Below, in pieces: positions 23,071 to 31,800 of a stretch of 32,000 nt of DNA. The stretch comes from an uncultured bacterium. Its GTDB lineage: Bacteria; Margulisbacteria; WOR-1; CAVSGV01. The notes beneath the pieces were generated by a model. It was not told the DNA's origin. It did not search any database and saw only the letters and a program-made list of their open reading frames with translations. The position numbers and the translations under genes were made by a program. The DNA lies in the NCBI GenBank assembly GCA_963699255.1, contig OY969425.1, forward strand, positions 720,001-752,000, given 5' to 3'. How positions within the stretch are numbered: position 1 is the stretch's first letter; each line of letters starts with the position of its first letter.

Positions 23071-26000
23071 CGCCTCCGGCTCCGGCGCTGTTCGAAGTGA
23101 ACGTGCAGTTTGAAATGGTCGGGGAAGAGGAGTTGTTGTTCCCTATCCCGCCGCCGCGGCCGGTGGACGCGTTATTTGCGGTATTTGAATTAAAAGTACA
23201 GTTTGAAATGGCCGGGGAAGCGTATCCGTTCCATATCGCGCCGCCGCCAAAAGTTGTGGTGCTGTTCGATCCAAAGGCACAAGATAAGAAGGTCGGGGAG
23301 GCGTAGTTGTTATATATCGCGCCGCCATAATTCGCGCTGGTATTTGAAGTAAAGGTGCAGTTTAAGACCTCCGGGGTAGAGTTGTGGCAATACATCGCGC
23401 CACCGCCCTGTCCGCTCGCGTTATTGAAACTAAAGGCGCAGTTCGTGATGGTCGGGGAGGAACTCTCAAGAGAAAGTCCGCCGCCATTGCCGGTAGTATA
23501 ACCTTTCTTTATGGTAAAGCCTTCGATCGTAGTAGCAGAACTAAGTCCGGTTCCATACAAACACTGGACTATGGCGTCCCCGGATATTATGGTAGTTGAG
23601 GCGTCACCGGTTGAACTCCAGTTACCGTCAAAACCTCCTTTTAAGTATGTCCCGCTATCCAGAGTAATTGTGGCCGTTAGTCGATATACTCCCATCCTCA
23701 CATAGATAGCTTCTCCGCTGGATGCTTTTGCCTCAGCGCTGTTGATCGTCTTGAACGGATCCGACGGAGTACCGGTTCCCGGACCGGCAACGCCGGCATC
23801 AACATACCAGTAATTATTGAAAGGCCCGTACGGCCCGGAGTCCAGGGTGGTCGGATTGGCTATGTTATCTCCGTTATAGCTCTTAAGATGCAGATACCAG
23901 CCGTCCGTTGGAGCTTCCAATGTCAAAAGGCCGCTGCTCCATGTGGTGCTCCCTCCTCCCCACGTCTCGGTCGCGCTCTGGGTCCATGTCCATTGATAGT
24001 ACTGCACTCCTCCGGGACCTACAGCCCCAAAAGTAGGCACACTGGTGAATGTGAACGACGTACCAACTTTATTATATGTGACACTGGGAGGGAGCGCCCA
24101 AGTGTATTTCGCGTCAGTGTTCGATGGCAGAGATTCTCCGCCGTCGTTATACGCATGCACGTGACGGCTGCACAGCGTATTGGCTGTCAATCCAGCCTCT
24201 TTGGTGGTGGTTGCGTCAGCTGCCTCGAGAACTTTCAAATTGTGATAATCATCATGCACAGAATATCCGATCTCGCCCGCCACATCGCTCCATGTCCATT
24301 GAATTTCTGAAGTTGAGCTTGCAGTGCCGCTGAATGTTGCCGGCGCGGCGGGACAGGGAACCCCGGATGAATATCCGGTGTAATGGTAACCCATATCCAC
24401 TATCCCGGTATCACCGTGAGTAGTATCCGGGTTTGTTCCATAACCCTCCAGCGATCCCAGCCCGAGCAAGTGGGCGTCGCCGGTCCCGGAATTTGTGCAC
24501 GGGGAATAATCTAAAAGATGCACATTCCCGGCCGGACCATTAACAAATTGCGGCTCCCCGCTGATATTGCCTGTCGCGGCAATTAACGGCTGGACACAGG
24601 AATATGTCACGATCGGATTAGAAGAGCTGATATTATAAATATTACCAGCATTAAGGGCGGCGCATGAATTTTTGCAAATGATCGAATTGGTTATCACAGG
24701 GGAACACGAGCCGAAATTATAGATCCCGCCGCCGTAACTCGTGGCGCTGTTTGAAGTTAAGGTGCAATTTGATATAGACGGGGAAGAATTACCTTCATCG
24801 TATATCGCGCCTCCGTTCACCGCGCTGTTCAAGGCGAAAGCGCAGTTGGAAATGACCGGTGAGCAGGACCCGTTGTTATATATACCGCCGCCATAATAAC
24901 CAGTCGAGCTGTTTGAAGTAAAGACGCAATTTATTATTACCGGGCAAGAAATAGACATGTCACAGATGCCGCCTCCGGCGGCCGCGCTGTTTGAAGTAAA
25001 GATGCAATTCATCACTTCCGGAGAAGAATAACTGTTAAATATGGCGCCGCCTGAGTTGCTCCCAATATTAGAAGTAAAGGTGCAGCTTGATATTATTGGA
25101 GAGGCTTTGTCGTTATAAATTCCGCCGCCCTGGTAAACATTATTTGAGGCGAAAAGACAATTCAAAATGAGCGGAGAAGTTTGAACATTATAGATCCCGC
25201 CCCCATAGCCATTATTCGTGTTATTTGTAAAGGCACAACCTGATATCTGCGGAGAGGAGTATAAGATATATATCCCGTTGCCGTTGCCACTTGCCTTATT
25301 TGAAGTAAAAGTACAATTAATTATGGATGCAGAGGACGAAATAAGATAAAGTCCTCCGCCACTGCCTGCGATAAAACCATTCTTTATAGTAAAGCCTTCA
25401 ACCGTAGTGGCGGAGCTAAGATTTTTCCCATACATGCACTGGACTATGGCATCTCCGGATATTATGGTAGTTGTGGCATCACCGGTTGAACTCCAGTTAC
25501 CGTCAAAGCCTCCTCTTAAATATGTCCCGCTATCGAGAGTAATGGTTTGGGTCAGATGATATACTCCCATCCTCACATAGATAGCTTCACCGCTGGATGC
25601 TTTCGCCTCAGCGCTGTTGATCGTTTTAAATGGATCCGAAGGAGTACCGGTTCCCGGCCCCGCAACTCCGGCATCAACATACCAGTAATTATTGAATGGC
25701 CCATACGGCCCGGAGTCCAGCGTGGTCGGATTTGCGATCCCATCACCGTTAAAGCTCTTAACATGCAAATACCAGCCGTCCGTTGGAGCTTCCAAAGTCA
25801 AAAGGCCGCTGCTCCAAGTTGTGCTCCCTCCTCCCCACGTCTCGGTCGCGCTCTGGGTCCATGTCCATTGATAATATTGCACTCCTCCGGGACCTACAGC
25901 CCCAAAAGTAGGCACGCTTGTGAATGTGAATGTGGTTCCGACTTTACTGGATGTCACATTGGGAGGAACAGCCCATGTATATTTCGCGTCAGTGGCCGAT

Positions 26001-28888
26001 GGCAGGGATTCTCCGCCGTCGTTATAAGCATGAACGTGACGGACGCATAGCGTATTTGCGGTCAACCCGCCCTCTTTGGTGGTGGTGACATTAGCTGTCG
26101 CCAGAACTTTTAAGTTGTGATCATAATCATGAACAGCATAGCCGATCTCGTCCGCCACATCGCTCCACGTCCATTGAATTTCTGAGGTTGAGTTCGCAGT
26201 GCCGATGAAAGTTGCTGGCACATCGGGATAGGCAATTCCGCCTGTATATCCGGAATAATGGTAACCCATATCCACTATCCCGGTATCCCCCTTAGTCGCG
26301 TCCGTATTTGTCCCATATCCCTCAAGCGAACTCAGGCCAAGTATATGTGCGTCGCCGGAGCCGGAATTGGTGCAGGGAGAATAATCTAAAAGATGCACAT
26401 CACCACCCGCCGCATTCACAAAGAGCGCATCCGCGCTGATATTCCCTGTCCCCGTCCAGCCACCCTGAATGCAGGAATAGGACACCTCCGGAGTAGAAAG
26501 GCCATCTGCAGAGTACATGCTTCCTCCAGAAATTTGATTGTATATGATCGAGTTTTTGATCTTTGGACAGGAGGAGGTGCAGTTATATATTCCACCAGTA
26601 TTACCCCATGCCTTATTTAAAGTAAAAGTACAGCTTAAGATGATCGGGGAAGAATTGGGCCAGTTACATATCCCGCCGCCGTTGCCGCTGCCATTCATTG
26701 CACTGTTTGAAGTAAAAGCACAGTTTGAAATAGTTGGGGAAGAGTAGCTATTGAACATCCCGCCACCACACCAGTTATTTGCATTATTTGAAGTAAAGGT
26801 GCAGTTTGAAATTTCGGGGGAAGAGTAGCTATTGTATATCCCGCCACCACCCTGAGGCGCACTATTTGACTTAAAAGTGCAGTTTGAAATGATCGGATAG
26901 GATTGAGTGTTGCCTATCCCGCCGCCGAAATATGCGCTGTTTGACTCAAAAGTACAGTTCGAAATAGTTGGGGAAGAGAAGTTATTGAATATCCCTCCGC
27001 CCAACCAGTTATTTGCACTGTTAAAAGTAAAGGCGCAGCCTAATATCTCCGGAGTGGAGAAGTGGCAATACATCCCGCCGCCGCCGTAGCTCGCGCTACT
27101 TGCCCTATTAAAAGTAAAGATGCAGTTATTGATGGTCGGGGAGGAACTCTCAAGAGAAAGCCCGCCGCCAGATTCGGCACTGCCATTTCGTATGGTTAAG
27201 CACTCAATTGTTGTCGCAGTACTGAGTCCGGTCCCTCTCATGCACCGGACTATTGCGTCACCGGATATTGTCGTGGTTGTTGCATCTCCCGTTGGACTCC
27301 AGTTACCGTCAAAGCCTCCTCTTAAATATGTTCCGCTGTCAAGAGTAATGGTAGAAGTCAGATGATAGAGGCCCATCCTCACAAAGATAGCTTCACCGCT
27401 GGATGCTTTCGCCTCGGCGCTGTTGATCGTTTTAAATGGATCCAACGGAGTACCGGTTCCCGGCCCCGCAACACCGGCATCAACATACCAGTAATTATTG
27501 AAAGGCCCATACGGCCCGGAGTCCAGGGTGGTCGGATTGGCAATATCAGCACCGTTATAGCTCTTAAGATGCAGATACCAGCCGTCTGTTGGAGCTTCCA
27601 ATGTCAAAAGGCCGCTGCTCCATGTGGTGCCCCCTCCTCCCCACGTCTCGGTCGCGCTCTGGGTCCATGTATATTGATAGTACTTCACTCCTCCGGCACC
27701 GAAAGCAGGCACGCTTGTGAATGTGAATGTTGTCCCGACCTTATTTGATGTCACATTGGGAGGAAGCGCCCAAGTGTATTTCGCGTCAGTTGTTGAAGGC
27801 AGCGATTCTCCGCCGTCATTATATGCGTGGACATGGCGGCTATATCGGGTATTGGCGGCCAACCCGACCTCTTTGGTGGTGGTCGCGTCAGCAGTCGCCA
27901 GAACTTTTAAGTTGTGATAATCATCATGCACGGCATAGCCCAACTCATCCGCCACATCGCTCCATGTCCATTGAATTTCTGAAGTTGAGCTGGCAGCGCC
28001 GTTGAAAGTTGCCGGCGCGGCGGGACAGGGAACTCCGGATGTATATCCGGTGAAATGATATCCCATATCCACGATCCCGGTATCACCGTGAGTAGTATCC
28101 GGGTTTGTTCCATAACCCTCCGTTGATCCCAGCCCAATGGTGTTGGCGTCGCCGGAGCCGGAATTGGTGCATGGGGAGTAATCAAGAAGGTGCACATTTC
28201 CACCGGCGCCTCCACTCACAAAACACGCGTCCCCGCTGATATTGCCCTCCCCTGTCCAGCCACCCTGAACGCAGGAGTATGTTACCACCGGAGTAGAAGT
28301 GGCGTCATTGGAGATGCTTACCCCTAAAGTTTGATTATAAATGATCGAATTTTTGATTTGTGGGGAGGAAGATGAGTTACAGATCCCTCCGCCGCAGCCG
28401 GTGCCGCCTGCGCTATTTAAAGTAAAGGTGCAGTTTTTGATTGTTGGGTTGGAAGAAATGCCGTTATATATTCCGGCACCCTGGCCGCTGTATGAATTAC
28501 TATTTGAAGTAAAGATACAGTTATTTATATTTGGGGAGGAATTGCCGTTATATATCCCGCCGCCGGACCAGTCGGCTCTATTTGAAGTAAAAATACAGTT
28601 ATTTATATTTGGGGAGGAATTGCCGTTATATATCCCGCCACCGTAATTTGTACTATTTAAATTAAACCTGCAGTTTAGTATCGTTGGGGTGGAGTAATTG
28701 TTATTTATCCCGCCGCCATGGTCTGCGAAACTTGATTCAAAAGTGCAGTTTGAGATTCTCCGGAGTGGAGTAATTATTATATATTCCGCTGCCAGAATTT
28801 GCAGTAAAAATACATCTTGCGATGGTCGGGGACGATGAATTGTCATATATCGTGCTGTAGCCATACACGTTGAATGCAGTAAAGACAC
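22766..28888 (-). CDS. Giant repetitive beta-helix surface protein, middle segment (ORF 2 of 3; genuine frame begins near 28757)
   Basis: It becomes repeat-like at ...ISNCTFESSFADHGGGINNNYSTPTILNC. It has no plausible signal peptide or RBS of its own. It ends 9 codons after ...GGIFNHTSSPE, where the next segment's frame takes over. Confidence 0.85.
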   Translation of the reverse strand: MSLLHSTCMATARYMTIHRPRPSQDVFLLQILAAEYIIITPLRRISNCTFESSFADHGGGINNNYSTPTILNCRFNLNSTNYGGGIYNGNSSPNINNCIFTSNRADWSGGGIYNGNSSPNINNCIFTSNSNSYSGQGAGIYNGISSNPTIKNCTFTLNSAGGTGCGGGICNSSSSPQIKNSIIYNQTLGVSISNDATSTPVVTYSCVQGGWTGEGNISGDACFVSGGAGGNVHLLDYSPCTNSGSGDANTIGLGSTEGYGTNPDTTHGDTGIVDMGYHFTGYTSGVPCPAAPATFNGAASSTSEIQWTWSDVADELGYAVHDDYHNLKVLATADATTTKEVGLAANTRYSRHVHAYNDGGESLPSTTDAKYTWALPPNVTSNKVGTTFTFTSVPAFGAGGVKYYQYTWTQSATETWGGGGTTWSSGLLTLEAPTDGWYLHLKSYNGADIANPTTLDSGPYGPFNNYWYVDAGVAGPGTGTPLDPFKTINSAEAKASSGEAIFVRMGLYHLTSTITLDSGTYLRGGFDGNWSPTGDATTTTISGDAIVRCMRGTGLSTATTIECLTIRNGSAESGGGLSLESSSPTINNCIFTFNRASSASYGGGGMYCHFSTPEILGCAFTFNSANNWLGGGIFNNFSSPTISNCTFESNSAYFGGGIGNTQSYPIISNCTFKSNSAPQGGGGIYNSYSSPEISNCTFTSNNANNWCGGGMFNSYSSPTISNCAFTSNSAMNGSGNGGGICNWPNSSPIILSCTFTLNKAWGNTGGIYNCTSSCPKIKNSIIYNQISGGSMYSADGLSTPEVSYSCIQGGWTGTGNISADALFVNAAGGDVHLLDYSPCTNSGSGDAHILGLSSLEGYGTNTDATKGDTGIVDMGYHYSGYTGGIAYPDVPATFIGTANSTSEIQWTWSDVADEIGYAVHDYDHNLKVLATANVTTTKEGGLTANTLCVRHVHAYNDGGESLPSATDAKYTWAVPPNVTSSKVGTTFTFTSVPTFGAVGPGGVQYYQWTWTQSATETWGGGSTTWSSGLLTLEAPTDGWYLHVKSFNGDGIANPTTLDSGPYGPFNNYWYVDAGVAGPGTGTPSDPFKTINSAEAKASSGEAIYVRMGVYHLTQTITLDSGTYLRGGFDGNWSSTGDATTTIISGDAIVQCMYGKNLSSATTVEGFTIKNGFIAGSGGGLYLISSSASIINCTFTSNKASGNGNGIYILYSSPQISGCAFTNNTNNGYGGGIYNVQTSPLILNCLFASNNVYQGGGIYNDKASPIISSCTFTSNIGSNSGGAIFNSYSSPEVMNCIFTSNSAAAGGGICDMSISCPVIINCVFTSNSSTGYYGGGIYNNGSCSPVISNCAFALNSAVNGGAIYDEGNSSPSISNCTLTSNSATSYGGGIYNFGSCSPVITNSIICKNSCAALNAGNIYNISSSNPIVTYSCVQPLIAATGNISGEPQFVNGPAGNVHLLDYSPCTNSGTGDAHLLGLGSLEGYGTNPDTTHGDTGIVDMGYHYTGYSSGVPCPAAPATFSGTASSTSEIQWTWSDVAGEIGYSVHDDYHNLKVLEAADATTTKEAGLTANTLCSRHVHAYNDGGESLPSNTDAKYTWALPPSVTYNKVGTSFTFTSVPTFGAVGPGGVQYYQWTWTQSATETWGGGSTTWSSGLLTLEAPTDGWYLHLKSYNGDNIANPTTLDSGPYGPFNNYWYVDAGVAGPGTGTPSDPFKTINSAEAKASSGEAIYVRMGVYRLTATITLDSGTYLKGGFDGNWSSTGDASTTIISGDAIVQCLYGTGLSSATTIEGFTIKKGYTTGNGGGLSLESSSPTITNCAFSFNNASGQGGGAMYCHNSTPEVLNCTFTSNTSANYGGAIYNNYASPTFLSCAFGSNSTTTFGGGAIWNGYASPAISNCTFNSNTANNASTGRGGGIGNNNSSSPTISNCTFTSNSAGAGGGAVFNTVSSTPNISNCTFESNSTTSYGGGIYNNGVSPTISGCTFHSNKSNTGYGGGIYDASASPNISNCGFTTNSSINGYGGGIFNHTSSPENLWLHLYFM
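28501..28642 (-). repeat. Near-perfect tandem duplication of one 26-aa beta-helix coil (78-nt period)
   Basis: 28501-28564 and 28579-28642 differ at 2 of 64 nt. They encode GGGIYNGNSSPNINNCIFTSN twice. Confidence 0.9.
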
Positions 28889-31800
28889 AGTTTAAGATGG
28901 TCGGGTCGGATATATTAGTTAGATAAATCCCGGCGCCAATACCTTTGCCATTTCTTATGGTTAAATTCTCAATTGTGGTGGCGGAACTGAGTCCGGTTCC
29001 ATACATGCACTGGACAATGGCATCTCCTGATATTGTTGTGGTAGTTGCATCTCCAGTAGGGCTCCAATTACCGTCAAAGCCTCCTCTTAAATATGTCCCG
29101 GTGTCTAGAGTAATTGTGGATGTCAGATGATAGAGTCCCATCCTCACAAAGATAGCTTCACCGCTGGATGCTTTCGCCTCGGCGCTGTTGATCGTCTTGA
29201 ACGGATCTGACGGAGTCCCGGTTCCCGGTCCGGCAACACCGGCATCCACATACCAGATCGTGGAGACGTTTTGCGTATATCCGGAATAATGGTACCCCAT
29301 GTCCACGATCCCGGTATCGCCGTGAATGCCATCCGGGTTTGTCCCGTAACCCTGCTGCCATCCCAGATTAAGGTCTGAAGCCTGGCCTGTCCCGGCGTTT
29401 ACGCACTCCGAAGTCGGGAGAAGGTGCACATCAGCGGCCGGTCCGTTTACAAATAGCGGCTCCGCGCTGATATTGCCTGTACCCGGGTAGCCGTCCTCAA
29501 TGCAGGAGTAGATAACGGTTGGAGAAGAGCTGTCATCATAAATGTTCCCTCCTGAATTTCCATAAATGATCGAGTTTAAGATGATCGGTGAGGTGAAGGA
29601 GTTATATATTCCGCCGCCGCTGCTTGCACTATTTGAAGTAAAGGTGCAGTTTGAAATGATCGGGGCAGAGGAGCTGTCATCAAATATTCCGCCGCCGATG
29701 GCGCTTGTACTATTTGAAGCAAAAACGCAGTTTAAAATGGTCGGAGAAGCCGCAGAGAGATAAAGCCCTCCTCCACCATAGTCGCTGCTATTTAAAGTGA
29801 AGACGCAGTGCAAGATGGTTGGAGAGGAACTGCTGAGATAAAGCCCGCCGCCATAGTCGTAGCCATTATAGCCGTTCTGTATGGTAAAACATTCAATGGT
29901 CGTGTTTGAGCCAAGATCGTATCCATACATGCACGGGACATTTCCTTCTCCGGATATTATGGTGGTTGAGGCTTCGCCGGTCTGGTTCCAGTTATTGTCA
30001 TACCCTCCCCTCAGATATATGCCGTCATAAAGAGTGATGGTCCCCGGTCCGTATCCATTCTGGTATAGATAGTAGATCCCCCGCCTCACACGTATCTCAT
30101 CCCCGCTTGCCGCCGCCGCCTCAGCCAGATTGATCGTTCTAAATGGATCCCACTGGGTGCCGCTTCCCTGACCGGAAGCGGCCGCGTCTACATACCAGTA
30201 TGGATATGAATCGTAGGGCCCATAGTCCGCGGTGCCGCTGGCAACACCATCATGGTTAAAGCTCTTAACATGCAAATACCATCCCTCACCGGTAGCCAGT
30301 AAAGTTATGTTGCCGCTGCTCCATGTGCTCTCCCCGCCTCCCCAGGACTCGGTTGGGATCTGATCCCAGGTATACTTATAGTATTGAACCCCTCCCGCTC
30401 CAAAGACAGCTTCATTAGTAAAATTAAAAGATGCCGTATTGTATGGGAGACGGGTTTTTTGATAGGCGACCTCGGGAGAAAGAGAGAGGGTATATTTTGA
30501 ATAACTATTTGAAGGCGCCGAATCCCCGCCGTTGTTATAAGCATGGACATGCCGGGTATATTGGGTATTAGCGCTCAGTCCAGACTCCAGGCTTGCGGTA
30601 ACATCAGCTCCTGTAAGTCCTTTCAAATTCTGACTGTCATCATTAAGGCAATATCCATCCTCCCCCGCCACATCGCTCCATGACCACAAGATGGAAGAAG
30701 CGGATTCCACGGTGCCGATGAAGTTTGACGGCTGAGCAGGAGGACTGGCAGTTGCCTGCGAATACCCGGTGTAATGGTAACCCATGTCCACGATCCCGGT
30801 ATCGCCGTGAATGCCATCCTGGTTGGTTCCATAGCCCTGCTGCCATCCCAGACCAAGAGCTGAAGCGTCGCCGGTCCCGCCATTGACGCAGGGCGAGTAA
30901 TTATAAAGACGCACATTAGCGGGCGCGCCCACGAACTGCGGCTCCCCGCTGATATTCCCGGTCCCGGTGTAGCCGCCCTGGATACAGGAATAGGTAACAG
31001 TTGAACTGGATGAGGTTCTATTTGAGATGTTTCCTCCGGAAGCTTGATAATAAATGATACAGCTTTCGATGGTCGGGGCGGAAGAGGAATCGTTAAGTAT
31101 GGCGCCGCCGTTATGTGCGCTATTTGAATTAAAGGTGCAGTTTGAGATAGTTGGCGAGGATGAGACGTTATATATCCCGCCGCCGCCGTTATTGGAAAAA
31201 GATGATAAATTTGAAGTAAAGACGCAGTTTGAAATGGCTGGGGAGGAGGAGTCGTTAAGTATCCCGCCGCCGCTGCTTGCGCCATTTGAAGTAAAAGCGC
31301 AATTATTGATCGTTGGGAAGGAGTTGTAGTCAGATATCCCGCCGCCGCCCTGAACAGCTCCAACATTTGAAATAAAGGTGCAGTAATTGATCGTCGGTGA
31401 TGAGTTGTAGTTGGATATCCCGCCGCCATAATTATTTGCCTGATTTGAAGTAAAGACGCAATTTAATATGGTCGGGGAGGAACTCTCAAGAGAAAGACCC
31501 GCGCCATAGCCGGAGGTATAACCTTTTTTTATGGTGAGATCTTCAACGGTAGTAGCGGATGTAAGCCCGCTTCCGCTCATGCACCGGACGGTACCCTCTC
31601 CGGATATTATCGTCGCTGAGGCGTCAGTGGTTCGAACATCCCAATTGCTAAGGTCATAACCACCCATCAAATGGACGCCGCTTTTGAGAGTGATAGTGCC
31701 TGTGCCCGGAGCGTTCAGATGGTAGACTCCCTGCCTCACATGTATCTCTTCTGTGCCGGTGGCAGCCGCTTCGGCGCTGTTGATCGTTTTGAACGGATCA

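Noticed and set aside
22791-28765. Programmed +1 ribosomal frameshifting as the primary explanation for the two junctions
   Set aside because: I did not adopt this as the main call. There is no slippery codon pair allowing tRNA re-pairing, no A-site stop or obviously rare codon, and only an AA dinucleotide, which rules out transcriptional slippage. I keep it as a low-probability alternative because both sites carry the identical 13-mer.
18132-31429. Minus-strand alternative-frame ORFs within the giant gene (for example 18132-18317, 20274-20633, 22131-22364, 30623-31429), and the first 45-90 codons of ORFs 16933-23070 and 22766-28888
   Set aside because: These are out-of-frame translations of the same repeats, giving low-complexity A/P/Q/T/R-rich sequence such as TAAGYIITV. 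The repeat consensus is only present in the main frame.
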